The notes under the pieces are model-generated. The model was not told the origin of the DNA, searched no databases, and saw nothing but the letters and a program-made list of their open reading frames with translations. A DNA stretch of 64,000 nucleotides from Mobula hypostoma (taxonomy: Eukaryota), in the NCBI RefSeq assembly GCF_963921235.1, contig NC_086097.1, positions 64,296,001 to 64,360,000 of the forward strand. The letters are read 5' to 3'. Below, piece after piece: positions 54,701 to 64,000 of the stretch. The translations under genes were made by a program, and so were the position numbers. Numbering within the stretch: the stretch's first letter is position 1; every line of letters begins with the position of its first letter.

Positions 54701-57700
54701 ACAGTAGGCAAGTGAGTTTATTTGGATAATTTGTGATAAAAATCTACACATCACACCATGAGCTGAAAGGCATGCTTCAGCACTGCAGAATACAAAGCTT
54801 TCTTAAAGTATGTGTCCAAATAAAATCAGGTTGAAAATGACTTCAAATTCTCAAATTAGGATCTTTAAATACAAAGAAAGAGGCGCTGCAAGTCCTGGAA
54901 AATTTAATTTTCATGAAAACCTTAAATTAACATTTAAGGTTTTTAGCAAAATGTAATTGAATATTTAAATGAAAGATTCATAGTGCTATAAATGATTATA
55001 TTATCCATTGCATACATAAAGTATGTTCTATCAGTTAAAGTAATGGATCACAACTGTTACTTGCTATTAAAAATAAGACAAATTAGAAAACTGTATAACT
55101 TCCTATACAAAAATCCAGAATTAGTCTGCGCAATAATCGTATCTAAGCAAATATTTTTTAAACTTACATAAATTACATTCATGTACAATGCATAATCTTA
55201 AAGTAATAGATCTTATAAGATAAAAATTGAACTAACCCTTACAAATCTGAAGACAGAAGTTAGTATAATTGTTTCAAAATTCTCACTACTAAATATGTCA
55301 CACATCTAGTCCAATAATCATCACATAAGCTAATTCATGGATATATACTCTTGACAGATAAACAAAAATAACTGATTTCATACCAAGTATCGGATTAAAT
55401 AAGCTGGTCTCTCTTGAAAAGTTCGGAAATATGTGAGGCAGATAGTACTTCTTGAAATTTGCAAATAAGAATGCAAACCCTTTCTCCTGATTTCCTTTGT
55501 CTTTCCATTCTAATCCTTTTGCCTGTAAACACAAATACACCAAACTTTAAGTACTGTTGTTGGATTGATTACGATACACACAGAACACTACAAAACAGAA
55601 AATCCTCAGAACTCCTACCAGTGTTCGCAATCATATGCCAATTTTATTAACAAGCACACCTGTCTAGTCATTCCATTAGTTCGGGCAGCACATATGATTT
55701 AGTAAGGATAATGGCTGAATATGCTTTTTAATTTCAGCCTGATTCACCCTAAACTTGACAAAGCCATGGCAAGCACAGAATTTCATATAGATATTTTATA
55801 GATAAAAGTTTTGTCCTAGTTTTAACAAATACAGTCTGGATTAACATGGCCAATCCTCTATTTGCAAACAGGTTACTAAGAAAGCTCTTAAAATTAATGT
55901 TTATTTTTCAATTAGAGAGAAGGAGAAGAATAGACACATTTTAAGAGCTTTTGGGGTTAGCAACATCTATTCGTTGCTACCCTAAAAGAAAGCAGTCTAT
56001 AAAGAAAGTATTTTTTCAAATGCTATTAGTGACAAAGATTCATTCCATGAGGAACACAGGTTCTCAGCAACCATAGTCCTAAACTAGTTGAACAGCCAAA
56101 TCAGGAAGGAGGGGGAAATAACTTTCAGAAAATTTTAAAGTTATAAAAAGTATTGACATTGCTGCAGAGAAACAAGAAAAACTAAAATAACATTTTAATA
56201 CACTTTGAAATGTATTGTAATTTGTAACATTTATCTAAAGAGAATTACAAACCACATACATAAAGTATGTTTTGTTTTACTATGGATTAGAATTATTCCA
56301 GCAATATTTACTATGATTATTTAGACATCACACAAGGACAAAATAAATGGTATTCTACAGCAAGCCTGAAGTGGGTGGAGGACTGAATTATTGATAGTGA
56401 CTTAAGTTTTCTGCGTTAAATTGTATGCGAATAGTGATTTGATAGCTGCTGCCAGTTTTAATGTATAGTAAGGTTGAATGCTACTAGTTTTGTTGTCATT
56501 AAATCCAGGCCTTGAGTTTTATTTTAAAGAAAGGCTATTAACTATTGTTTGTTAAATGATTCTCCCAAAATGTGAAGCTACTTGCAAATATTTAAAATCA
56601 GATTATCCATATTTTTGAAAATAATACATTTTTCATTGAGTTACTCAAACTAAGCAATGTAATACAAGATATGTTTTCATTTTAAAACCACTATATCTGT
56701 GCTGACTAATACTACAAACGTTTGTAGATTCCAAACATTTTGGGATGGGCAAATACATCTAAATAGAAACTTTTCAGGAATTCAGGGTGGGAGTGGAAAA
56801 CTTGCCATTGCAAGCATACATTTAAATTTTACACTTGGATCACGGACATTATCCAAAGTAGAAATTTTGCTTTGTCATTTGTACTTCAGGAATGCACATG
56901 ACTACAGATGCAAATTTCCTCCCAATTGCTGCAATTTACAGCACAAATTAACTGCTTGCAGATGTACATTTTACTTGGCTCAGTTGGCAAATCTGCACAC
57001 CTCTGCTGGAATTTCTCAATACAAGTGCCAGCAACTTTTCAGACTTCTATGCAAACACTGGAATACTGAACTTAAAGGCTGAGTTCCAAGGGTAATTTAA
57101 CATTTATGTTCCAAAACTGGAATAATGGCAGAGCAACAGCTTGGCAAGACATTGCCAGGAACCTGCTCCTCGATAATGTGCCACAGTTTTATAGTACTGT
57201 AGTAATATTCGTAGTATTCTAACTTGTTCTCTATTTCATTTAAATATGCAATTTGTTACTCAGTTAAATGGTATCTTTTTTTTGTGTCTTTTTAGCTATT
57301 TCCTTGAAGCTTCAGATAATTGGGGCGCTTAATTGAGGCAAAATGGACTGGTCCTGATGTGTTCCGATTAAAGGGGGGGGGGAGAAGAGAGAGAGAAGAG
57401 GGTGTGTGTGCGTGTGCGTGTGTGTGCATATGTGTGTGTAAGTAATGAACGAACAATACACACAAAGATAAAAGGGCAATTCCCCAAAAGAATTAACTCC
57501 TGATTCTCAAATATTATAATTTACTTGTCAGCAGACTAAAACTCTCTCCATCCAAAAAGCACTCCTTTTCCATCAAAAAAACATCATTAAAATGAAATCC
57601 TTCATAGCTCAGTTGTAGTTATTAAACAGATCTTAAAAAATAAATCTATATTTACTGGTGCTCAACTGCAGCACTGTTAGCAAGATGGAGGAAAAAATGT

Positions 57701-60700
57701 AAACAAGTAATTCACCAACAGAAAATGCTTGCAAACATCTATCCTCCATTAATAATGTAATAGCCTTTTGCTCAAATCAGGCCAATTCTCAAATAAGTTC
57801 TTAAGCAACTCACACAGACTTGCAAACTGCTCCAATTAACAGATTAATTGGATTTCATGCCTTACCTTTGATCCATAATCCACTGACAATTTAAAAAAAA
57901 CTTAAAAAGAATTTTTCAAGAGACCTGAGAGCACACACAATACAGAAATAAAAAAAATAAATCAGGAAATCATGATGCACACTCCCTTCCTTCCCCAATT
58001 TTGCTTCAAAATCTATGAAAGATTCCTTGCCTTTCATTCTCCAGTTTTAAAACATTGTAAAAGATGGAATCCAGTCAATTCAGCTGGCAAAGCAAACCTT
58101 CCCTTTTATGGGATGGCTCTGTGTTTCTTGAAAGGAACAATGCAGGGATATATCAACAACGAAGAAGAGAATTCAGTACAAGGTGCATGGGAGACACTAC
58201 TAGAACAGACTAAAAAAATATTTTGCCAAAATGTGATATTAAAACCAACATTCAAAGACACCAGGAATCTATTGGCTGACTTATGGCTTCTGTATCTAAA
58301 CTTTAAATAGAGAAAACTGAAAATGAAAATAAATCAACGTAATATTAAGGACTATCAAAAAATCCAAGTGTTAGTTTAGTAGTAGAAACAATATGCATTT
58401 CTCCCTTAATAGGGTTAGTACAATAAAGTGTCTACCTGGATTACCATATATTTTAGCAGAGCATCAAGAAAATAGCTTGTAAGATCATCTTGTCCTTTAT
58501 CTCCTGATTGTGGTGGGACAAGAGGAGTGATTTCTTCTGGAGTGACTTGAGCTGTCAGGAAAATATAAAAGTACAATACTAATCACGTGACACAATTTTT
58601 TTTTGTGTATAGTGTAGTTAAAAGCCAAAATTTCATTTGACTAATTCTCATCACCAATAAATCTAACCTTGATATCAAAGTGTTTATTGACCATTATGAT
58701 AACAACAGTAAGCACAGTGTTAATTATTGATTTATATGCTACATCCAATAACTTGGTAATCTGTGGTTTGTATTAGATTTCCTCTCCAAGGTTGATGGCC
58801 AGTTATTTTGGCTTTGGTTCAGTTTTTTTAATTTCCTGTGCTGTACTAAAATGACTTGGGGGACTGTTTTTAAAATATTGACAATAAGCGTACGAGGAAA
58901 TAACACAAAATAAAAATCAGATTCATTGATATTAAGGGTTATGAGAGAGGGGGGGAACAGAAGACAACAGCTATATTGGATTTATCCTTTTTTTTTATTG
59001 ACCTTAGGAATTTTTCCATAATATTTGGTCAGCATCATTAGTGTAACTATACTGAAAACACATGATAAGATGCATGTATACTTCTGGACTGTTAATTTAC
59101 TGCACTACAACCAAATGTTAAACACTCGTTGTGCTTGCTACATCTTGAGCTCTCAGCCATTTCTTAAATGACATGAAGCAAACCAATGGCTGAAGTTGCC
59201 TTTTGTAATAATGGGAACCGCATAAGAAAGCAAAGATGCACCGTTCATTTTAAACCACTGAACATGTTAGCATCACTATATCTACAGGCACTTCCTTGAC
59301 CATTACTACACTCCAAACCCTTCTTATAGATTACCTTTGTATCTAACCTTTTACTGAGCAAACTTTCACCTAAGCACAACCACCCTACAAATCCCTCTCT
59401 CATTCCTGAATGTATTGCTAGGTTTGTCACAACCATTCCAGCTCTGGAAGGTCAAAAATCACTGAATCCAAAGCCACTTCCTGAAAGACCAGTTTAAAGC
59501 AACATTGCAAAGGAATAGCCATTTTTAAATTTATATTAAATTTCTCAAGTAATATTTCTTCAAATTTCTCCTTATCACCAGATGGTCCCAATATTTCTAG
59601 GATGCTTTTTGAATATTTTCTCACATGAATGGATGCTCTTGCCTCCCCTTTATTTCTGTAATTTCAATCATAATTTCTTCTCTCTTCTTATACAGAGCCT
59701 CTATTTTGATAACATTCTTTTCTATAATTATGGAAGTGTTTATAACCTACTTTTAATATAGGTTATACACTGACATTGCTTCTTTCTTCAAATATTTTCT
59801 GTCAGGATACACAATCATCTTAATTAACTTACTACTTATTAAAACTAGGTTATTTACTGTGTTAAAATTATAAGTTAATCAAATTAAATCTTTATCTTTA
59901 CTTCATTTGTATCTTGCTTTTCATTGATAGAAAATATGTTTCCGTTTTAGAACGAACAGGAAAATTAGTTCTATTTAGTCTAGCCAGCAGCAAGTTACAT
60001 AAGGAAGACAGAAGAAATCTCTTTATTCAGACAAGTGTAAATATGGAATTTATTTAAGGCAAGCAAATGAACACTTAAGCAGGAGGTACATGACAGCAAG
60101 AAAATTAAACGAGTAGTGGGTTGGTGGAGGATCAAGCATATATTATGTCACAGAAGGAAGATACACTTCAAGCCAAACTTGTCAACATAACCATTATTTT
60201 AAATATCCACAATAAGGGACAAAGAATAACTTGAAGTTCTTCTGTTTCAATGTGTAGATTTACTGTGATGTTGAAGCACAAAATGAAACCCAATTTGACA
60301 CTTGTGAAATGAGGCCAAGTGTAAATTGATAAGCTTTTTATTACATTGTCAGATGCTTTACCACAATTACTGTAGTTTTGAATTCACAATTGCACTTGTG
60401 ACAGGAGTTGTATTTATTGTTGTAATTGTACTGTATAAAAATAAGGTGGGGAAAAGAGCCCAATTTCAAAAGGACTTAAAGGCCTTAACAAAAAGGTAAT
60501 TCTTACTTTCCTGAAGATGAAGTGGAGAGTTAATTAGATTGTCTAGTGTTCGAGGCCCATGCTCAGATTGCAGAGTTGGAAAGCCAGGAATAAGACAGGC
60601 AAATATCAGTAGTTGTTCTTCAGTGCAATTGTGCTGGAGTGCTTGCATCCACAACAAAAAGAGGCGTACACCTTCCCTTCGAATCTGAATGGATAGAAAG

Positions 60701-61900
60701 TACATTCAATATTATAGAAATTCAAATTAATGATATACAAAACTTAATAGTTTTCATACATCAGTTATTTTTTAGGAAACACTGATTAAATAACCAATTA
60801 AATTTCATATCAAAGTGAAGTGTTTAAAGAGAAATTAAACTAAATGTTGTTCATCGAAATGTCTATACCTATAGCAAAATTTAAAGAGACCAAATGCCCT
60901 GATACTGCAGCATTTTAAAATATACATTTCAACAGTTTTTGTTTACCACAAAAGACAAGCAATCTCTGAAGACAGAAAGAGCTTCAGAATAACACAGTCA
61001 AAATAGTAAAATGTATAACTTTTCATCCCCATAATCAACATCGAAAAGACAAACATGAAATAAATAAATATACAATTGCAAACTACATTGGATTTCAGGA
61101 CATTTTCAATCACATCTTAAAAACAGCTTTAAAAAAAAACATGCAAAACCTTCAGTGAGTTCCCAACATGAAGGAGTTTCTTTAAAATCAAGCCTGCAAA
61201 ACAAAAAAAAAGCAAATTTGCAACACTGAAAAAAACATACACATTTTGGGGACATATTGTTTAAGCACTCGGTCAGACTTGATAAATGCTTATAATCAAG
61301 TCTTTGGCATTTACTCATTTACTCTTGGTGACCTTTGTACCCTTTGACATCTTTTTACCGCCAAAAAGAAAAGGAGAGATCACCACAAACACAAAATACT
61401 GTGGCCTCAGAATTCTTGCTTTCTATTTAAAAAAAGCTTGATTCATTTAAATTTTTTAAAATACTCTATTTTTTTTGCACAATTCAAATATTTGATCAAA
61501 AATTGTCTGAAAGATAGAAACTTATAAGTATAGTAAATATAAATGAATAGATTTACAAGGAACTTTCCTTTATGATTAGCAAGTACTCGCGTAATGGCAC
61601 ACAAGTAAACAATTTCATTGATTTGATCTGATTAATAGTTAACACTAGTATGGGAACTAATGAACTGCATCAATTAACTTCATTAAAAACTTATACTGTG
61701 GCTAAATGAAGGAATGTAATTTGTGCTTTCAGATTTGTCATTGTTTATGGATGTCTTTGTACCAAACTGCTATACAATGCTTACGTTCTCTAAGTAGTTA
61801 ATTCATGATTATGCAAATAAATAATCTAGTACATAAGGTTACCTATACTGTGGAACTGCCATCTCGTCTGAATTCTTTCTGGAAGATGCTGCAAAATTTT
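597..61900 (-). CDS. RALGAPA1: RALGAPA1 (Ral GTPase-activating protein alpha subunit 1), partial; 23 coding exons, both ends outside the window
   Basis: Phase-consistent GT-AG exon chain. Peptides [49 protein letters not shown] and [12 protein letters not shown] match recalled vertebrate RalGAP-alpha1 better than alpha2. Confidence 0.96.
1788..1943 (-). CDS. RALGAPA1: RALGAPA1 exon, 156 nt ([18 protein letters not shown]...LLNPDQ)
   Basis: Manual translation; gtttag acceptor, CAG|gtgagc donor. Confidence 0.95.
3509..3607 (-). CDS. RALGAPA1: RALGAPA1 exon, 99 nt (VRDNLGI...TPWLFK)
   Basis: Within ORF 3500..3688; ttgaag acceptor, AAG|gtaaaa donor. Confidence 0.94.
4080..4750 (+). mobile_element. 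Decayed CR1 3' fragment
   Basis: Similarity to the ORF2 C-terminus/3' UTR of the other CR1 copies in the window; boundaries approximate. Confidence 0.8.
5390..6272 (+). mobile_element. Decayed CR1 3' fragment
   Basis: Parallels 15600-16550; boundaries approximate. Confidence 0.82.
6283..7445 (-). mobile_element. Two adjacent minus-strand CR1 3' fragments (about 6283-6662 and 6671-7445)
   Basis: ORF 7064..7282 [19 protein letters not shown]; cataagac tail at 6671. Confidence 0.8.
7833..8026 (-). CDS. RALGAPA1: RALGAPA1 exon, 194 nt ([16 protein letters not shown]...WQNLAK)
   Basis: Manual translation; ggacag acceptor, AAA|gtaaga donor. Confidence 0.95.
9336..9488 (-). CDS. RALGAPA1: RALGAPA1 exon, 153 nt ([10 protein letters not shown]...LQTPDDL)
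   Basis: Within ORF 9310..9561; ttttag acceptor, G|gtattt donor. Confidence 0.94.
9924..10485 (+). mobile_element. Left part of the same pogo/Tigger-like family
   Basis: ta-cagtggattccagtta start; shares ttgggacaact..gagactgttgc..tttctaac with 30121-30903. Confidence 0.68.
10490..10990. repeat. Unclassified repeat interrupting the Tigger-like element
   Basis: GC-richer block between the pogo/Tigger-like fragment and the CR1; family not recognised. Confidence 0.35.
11010..13305 (+). mobile_element. Decayed CR1 LINE ORF2/3' end, interrupted by a SINE
   Basis: ORF fragments [37 protein letters not shown]; 3' end cctgtgctgtactgttctatg. Confidence 0.9.
12331..12521 (-). mobile_element. Putative tRNA-derived SINE nested in the CR1
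   Basis: 13-bp TSD atcagttgc(a/g)gat at 12318-12330 and 12522-12534; degenerate A/B-box-like head on the minus strand. Confidence 0.65.
14183..14356 (-). CDS. RALGAPA1: RALGAPA1 exon, 174 nt (SFHFGSE...AEEQELASL...TVTIT)
   Basis: Manual translation; ttatag acceptor, CAG|gtttgt donor; phase 1-1. Confidence 0.92.
15205..15306 (-). mobile_element. Older degenerate Penelope-like terminal-repeat fragment
   Basis: ggcagcatt..aacagttgtcgttttgggctgagaccttttatcaggact resembles the same repeat with a decayed hammerhead core. Confidence 0.55.
15362..16550 (+). mobile_element. CR1 LINE 3' fragment, relatively young
   Basis: 265-aa ORF with [32 protein letters not shown]; followed by the 3' UTR. Confidence 0.93.
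17185..17720 (+). mobile_element. CR1 RT fragment
   Basis: ORF 17387..17569 [16 protein letters not shown]. Confidence 0.85.
17919..18135 (-). CDS. RALGAPA1: RALGAPA1 exon, 217 nt ([19 protein letters not shown]...GQKFE)
   Basis: Overlaps ORF 17899..18129; tactag acceptor, A|gtaagt donor. Confidence 0.94.
18537..18664 (-). CDS. RALGAPA1: RALGAPA1 exon, 128 nt (VNKEEPSQK...[17 protein letters not shown])
   Basis: Manual translation; tttcag acceptor, GTG|gtaagt donor. Confidence 0.94.
19429..21048 (-). CDS. RALGAPA1: RALGAPA1 exon with alternative 5' splice sites: short form 20881-21048 (168 nt, ends ERAK), long form 1620 nt (ends GYFGRKVA)
   Basis: 548-aa ORF 19418..21064; ttcaag acceptor; internal donor AAG|gtgcag at 20880 and distal donor CAG|gtgagc at 19428, both phase 1. 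Confidence 0.9.
21929..22069 (-). CDS. RALGAPA1: RALGAPA1 alternative cassette exon, 141 nt ([47 protein letters not shown])
   Basis: Long polypyrimidine tract plus aag acceptor, CAG|gtagtt donor, phase 1-1, stop-free; resembles the recalled mammalian insert AMRSRSIGEC...AKSAPVL...VLTP. Confidence 0.87.
22422..22632. mobile_element. Penelope-derived hairpin mini-element (two inverted terminal-repeat halves)
   Basis: Arms 22461-22539 and 22554-22632 closely match the ends of the 32489-34800 element; TSD ctatag(t/a)tttagaa at 22410-22423 and 22631-22644. Confidence 0.88.
24017..24095. mobile_element. Tiny hAT (Charlie-like) MITE
   Basis: TIRs caggggttcccaacct / aggttgggaaccctg; a related degenerate copy lies near 29520-29569; TSD degenerate. 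Confidence 0.65.
24660..26990 (+). mobile_element. Cluster of decayed CR1 fragments
   Basis: Repeated RT-region remnants (cagcatggattc, ggtgtgccacagggg, aaagtttgcaga); several pieces, boundaries approximate. Confidence 0.75.
28150..28442 (+). mobile_element. CR1 3' end fragment
   Basis: Parallels 6000-6270 and 16240-16550; ends atatcttatggtctt. Confidence 0.8.
28706..28867 (-). CDS. RALGAPA1: RALGAPA1 exon, 162 nt ([36 protein letters not shown]...RQKTI); contains an RxRxxT Akt-type site
   Basis: Manual translation; attaag acceptor, G|gtaaat donor; symmetric phase 1-1. Confidence 0.94.
30121..30903 (+). mobile_element. Non-autonomous pogo/Tigger-like element with degenerate TIRs
   Basis: Left cagtggatttgggtttattggg vs right cccaaataactggaattcactg followed by TA; internal identity with 9924-10480 and 57183-57372. 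Confidence 0.7.
31425..31662 (-). CDS. RALGAPA1: RALGAPA1 exon, 238 nt ([12 protein letters not shown]...KKHKGK)
   Basis: Overlaps ORF 31336..31632; gtctag acceptor, G|gtatag donor. Confidence 0.95.
32595..32632 (-). ncRNA. Minimal type I hammerhead ribozyme motif in the Penelope terminal repeat
   Basis: Minus strand reads UAGUC-CUGACGA-AGGGUCUCGGCCC-GAAAC-GUC-GACUG: core boxes, stem I AGUC/GACU, stem II GGG/CCC, palindromic ACGU in place of stem III. Confidence 0.78.
34702..34739 (+). ncRNA. Second hammerhead motif copy in the inverted Penelope arm (stem II weakened)
   Basis: tagtc-ctgatga-atggtctcggcct-gaaac-gtc-gactg. Confidence 0.65.
35358..35487 (-). CDS. RALGAPA1: RALGAPA1 exon, 130 nt ([14 protein letters not shown]...PLFR)
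   Basis: Within ORF 35325..35534; ttgcag acceptor, CGG|gtaaag donor. Confidence 0.93.
36456..38161 (-). mobile_element. Tc1/mariner DNA transposon of IR/DR type; both TIRs present, transposase inactivated
   Basis: About 215-bp TIRs with repeated aaagtatgtgaaccc; TA at 36454-36455 and 38162-38163; fragments [12 protein letters not shown] (ATG at 37662), [26 protein letters not shown]. Confidence 0.92.
37728..37870. repeat. Compound (TA)n/(CA)n microsatellite inside the Tc1 5' region
   Basis: Directly visible. Confidence 0.95.
39844..39992 (-). CDS. RALGAPA1: RALGAPA1 exon, 149 nt ([17 protein letters not shown]...KKTW)
   Basis: Within ORF 39840..40055; ttacag acceptor, TG|gtaaga donor. Confidence 0.95.
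40085..41372 (-). mobile_element. Rex1/Babar-type 3' fragment with nested CR1/Penelope insertion (about 40111-40600)
   Basis: ORF 40997..41293 [32 protein letters not shown]; tail (aatcag)n at 40088. Confidence 0.8.
40404..40497 (+). mobile_element. Penelope terminal-repeat fragment (hammerhead core) inside a CR1 fragment
   Basis: ctgacgaagggtctcggcctgaaacgtcgactgtacc...gatgtgtgtt matches 34707-34800. Confidence 0.85.
41505..41648 (-). CDS. RALGAPA1: RALGAPA1 exon, 144 nt ([15 protein letters not shown]...AGIQASLQ)
   Basis: Manual translation in a different frame from the ORF track; matches recalled HVRNSSW...AGTQAVLQ; taatag acceptor, CAG|gtttgt donor. Confidence 0.9.
42127..43015 (-). repeat. 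Unclassified GC-richer interspersed repeat, probably a non-autonomous non-LTR element
   Basis: Sharp composition shift; LINE-like 3' end with a (ttgaa)-type tail on the minus strand; no recognisable ORF. Confidence 0.4.
43408..44330 (-). mobile_element. Rex1/Babar-type 3' fragment
   Basis: ORF 43644..43835 [29 protein letters not shown]; atcagaatca tail. Confidence 0.85.
44785..47798 (+). mobile_element. CR1 LINE, nearly complete ORF2 (APE endonuclease + RT) with frameshifts/stops, plus 3' UTR
   Basis: [45 protein letters not shown]; (ctatggtt)n tail; 17-bp tandem duplication at 44946-44979. Confidence 0.95.
48270..48473 (-). CDS. RALGAPA1: RALGAPA1 exon, 204 nt ([22 protein letters not shown]...EEAE)
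   Basis: Overlaps ORF 48207..48440; ctttag acceptor, GAG|gtactg donor. Confidence 0.93.
49030..49266 (-). CDS. RALGAPA1: RALGAPA1 exon, 237 nt ([11 protein letters not shown]...EVFRQ)
   Basis: Overlaps ORF 48988..49251; ctccag acceptor, CAG|gtaatt donor; 109-nt upstream intron. Confidence 0.95.
49376..49584 (-). CDS. RALGAPA1: RALGAPA1 exon, 209 nt (DIPQLRSKP...PKNIQ)
   Basis: Within ORF 49340..49702; tttcag acceptor, CAG|gttagt donor. Confidence 0.95.
50354..51172 (+). mobile_element. pogo/Tigger (Tigger4/Zombi-like) internally deleted transposon relic
   Basis: TA followed by TIR-like aggctgagcatcccttatccaaaatcc; ORF 50573..50833 [24 protein letters not shown] is a CENP-B-type HTH. Confidence 0.8.
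51220..54370 (-). mobile_element. Long decayed minus-strand CR1 interrupted by Rex1-like pieces (about 51685-52100 and 52203-52316)
   Basis: Reverse-complement similarity to CR1 3' UTR/ORF2; the small insert with (tac)n tail is flanked by tgcatttg at 52195-52202 and 52317-52324. Confidence 0.75.
54414..54650. repeat. Perfect 66-bp inverted repeat with 105-bp spacer
   Basis: 54414-54479 is the exact reverse complement of 54585-54650 (checked base by base). Confidence 0.93.
55384..55522 (-). CDS. RALGAPA1: RALGAPA1 exon, 139 nt (AKGLEWKDK...FNPIL)
   Basis: Within ORF 55298..55543; ttacag acceptor, G|gtatga donor. Confidence 0.95.
57183..57372 (+). mobile_element. Right-end fragment of the same pogo/Tigger-like family
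   Basis: Matches 30710-30895. Confidence 0.68.
57373..57439. repeat. Poly-G/(GA)n/(TG)n compound microsatellite
   Basis: Directly visible. Confidence 0.9.
58436..58551 (-). CDS. RALGAPA1: RALGAPA1 exon, 116 nt ([14 protein letters not shown]...KYMVIQ)
   Basis: Manual translation; tgacag acceptor, CAG|gtagac donor. Confidence 0.94.
60507..60684 (-). CDS. RALGAPA1: RALGAPA1 exon, 178 nt ([12 protein letters not shown]...LHLQE)
   Basis: Within ORF 60466..60705; attcag acceptor, A|gtaaga donor. Confidence 0.95.
61150..61193 (-). CDS. RALGAPA1: RALGAPA1 exon, 44 nt ([15 protein letters not shown])
   Basis: ttttgcag acceptor, AAG|gttttg donor; phase 1 to 0 fits neighbours. Confidence 0.92.
61843..61900 (-). 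CDS. RALGAPA1: RALGAPA1 exon, 58 nt ([19 protein letters not shown])
   Basis: ttttgcag acceptor, G|gtaacc donor; not in ORF track. Confidence 0.93.
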
Positions 61901-62202
61901 CTGCAAAATAAGTTCAATTCAGATCACTATTTGTCTTTAAATAAAAAATGTGCTCATAGAAACTTCATTAGCAAGTTCTCACAGAAAGTGCAGCTTCACC
62001 AAGAAAAACTGCAGAGAAGTGGAAGGTTTTTACCTTTAGTGTAAAGCTTAGTCCAAAAGTGCAGGAGCAAACAGAAAATAAATTCAACAGTACATATCTG
62101 AAAGGGTAAATTGTGGTTAAGCAGTGATTTTTAGAAAGCTATAAAGTAATTTTGGTGCATGTATTTACAATTGCATAGCAAGCACATGTTTATAATTGCA
62201 TT

Positions 62203-63996
62203 GTGGCGCATGTGGAAGGGCATTCAGGACATCACCAACTACAAGACAACACCACCTGCCTGTGTGGTGATGCCTCCCTCCCAGATGCGTTGATTAACTT
62301 CTATGCTTGTTTTGAGGCAGGAAATGACGTGGCGGCGAGAAAGACCACCCCTCCTCCAAACAACCAGGTGCTGTGTCTTACCGTGGCCGATGTGAGGAGA
62401 ACCCTGTGCAGGGTTAAACTACGGAAGGCTGCTGGACCAGACAATATTTCTGGCAGACTGCACAAAAGATATGCAGACCAGCTAGATGAGATTCTCACTG
62501 ACATCTTCAACATCTCGCTGAGCAGCGCTGTCGCTCCTACGTGCTTCCAGGCCGCCACTATTGTCCCTGTGCTGAAGAAGTCTTCAGTATCCTGCCTCAA
62601 CGACTACTGTTCTGTTGCACTCACATCCATCATCATGAAGTGTTTCCAAAGGCTCGTCATGAGGCACATCAAGACCCTGCTGCCCCCCTCACTGGACCCC
62701 CTGCAGTTCGCATACCAACCCCAACCGTTCAACAGACGACGCCATTGCCATCACCCTCCACCTGGACAAAAAAGACAAGTACGTTCGAATGTTGTTCATA
62801 GACTTCAGTCCAGCATTCAACACAATCATTCCTCAGAAACTGATTGGAAAGCTGAGCCTACTGGGCCTGAACACCTCCCTCTGCAACTGGATCCTAGACT
62901 TCCTGACTGGGAGGCCTCAGTCAGTCTGGATTGGAAGCAGCATCTCCAACACCATCACACTGAGCACGGGGCTCCCCAGGGCTGTGTGCTCAGTCCACTG
63001 TTGTTCACTCTGCTGATCCACGACTGTGCTGCAACACACAGCTCGACCATATCATCAAGTTCGCTGATGACACAACCGTGGAGGGTCTCATCAGCAAGAA
63101 CGATGAGTCAGCATACAGAGAGGAGGGGCGGCGGCTAACAGACCAGTGCAGAGCCAACAACCTGTCTCTGAATGTGAATAAAACAAAAGAGATGGTTGTT
63201 GAATTCAGGAGGACACGAAATGACCACTCTCTGCTGAACATCGACGACTCCTCCGTAGAGATCATTAAGAGCACCAAATTTCTTGGTGTTCACCTGGCGG
63301 AAAATCTCACATGGTCCTTCAACACCAACTCCATAGAAAAGAAAGCCCAGCAGTGTCTCTACTTTCTGCGAAGGCTGAGAAAAGTCCATCTCCCACCCCC
63401 CATCCTCACCACATTCTACAGAGGTTGTATTGAGAGCATCCTGAGCAGCTGCATCACTGCCTGGTTCGGAAATTGCACCATCTCGGATCGCAAGACCCTG
63501 CAGCAGATAGTGAGGTAAGCTGAGAAGATCATCAGGGTCTCTCTTCCCGCCATTACATACATTTACACCACACGCTGCATCCGTAAAGCAAACAGCATTA
63601 TGAAGGACCCCATGCATCTCTCATACAAACTCTTCTCCCTCCTGCCATCTGGCAAAAGGCACCGAAGTATTCGGGCTCTCACAACCAGACTATGTAACAG
63701 TTTCTTCCCCCAAGTCATCAGACTCCACAATACCCAGAGCCTGGACTGACACCAACCTACTGGATTCTACTGTGCCTGTTGTCTTGTTTAATGCCTGCAC
63801 TGTTTTGTGCACTTCATGCAGTCCTGGGTAGGTCTGTAGTCTAGTGTAGTTTGTGTTGTTTTATGTAGTTCAGTGTAGTTTTTGTATTGTTCATGTAGCA
63901 CCATGGTTCTGAAAAACATTGTCTTGTTTTTACTGTGTACTGTACCAGCAGTTATGGTCAAAATGACAATAAACAGTGACTTGACTTGACTTGACT
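62203..63996 (+). mobile_element. Rex1/Babar-type non-LTR retrotransposon, 5'-truncated and frameshifted
   Basis: [57 protein letters not shown]; aataaa then (gactt)n tail. Confidence 0.9.
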
Positions 63997-64000
63997 GAAG

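Overview
Eukaryotic, intron-rich vertebrate DNA. The repeat spectrum (CR1, Rex1/Babar, Penelope, Tc1, pogo/Tigger) suggests a cartilaginous fish, probably a ray; this taxon is inferred, not shown. The whole window lies inside one minus-strand gene, RALGAPA1 (Ral GTPase-activating protein catalytic alpha subunit 1). I traced 23 coding exons with GT-AG junctions and continuous phase, from [19 protein letters not shown] (61843-61900) to [12 protein letters not shown] (597-725). The start, the stop and the C-terminal GAP domain lie outside the window. The central region is a complex alternative-splicing module: a 141-nt cassette exon missed by the ORF track, an exon with two donors (168 vs 1620 nt, +484 aa) followed by QKI/RBFOX motifs, and a possible decayed extra exon. 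Introns are dense with transposons: many CR1 fragments plus one nearly full ORF2, Rex1/Babar LINEs, an IR/DR Tc1 element, Tigger/pogo and hAT MITE relics, and a nested SINE. The most interesting non-coding signals are (1) a young Penelope element (RT + GIY-YIG) whose terminal repeats carry minimal hammerhead ribozyme motifs, one in the sense of the host pre-mRNA, (2) a TSD-flanked hairpin derivative of that family just upstream of the cassette exon, and (3) a perfect 66-bp inverted repeat in unique intronic DNA. All homology calls come from recalled family sequences and motifs, not database searches.
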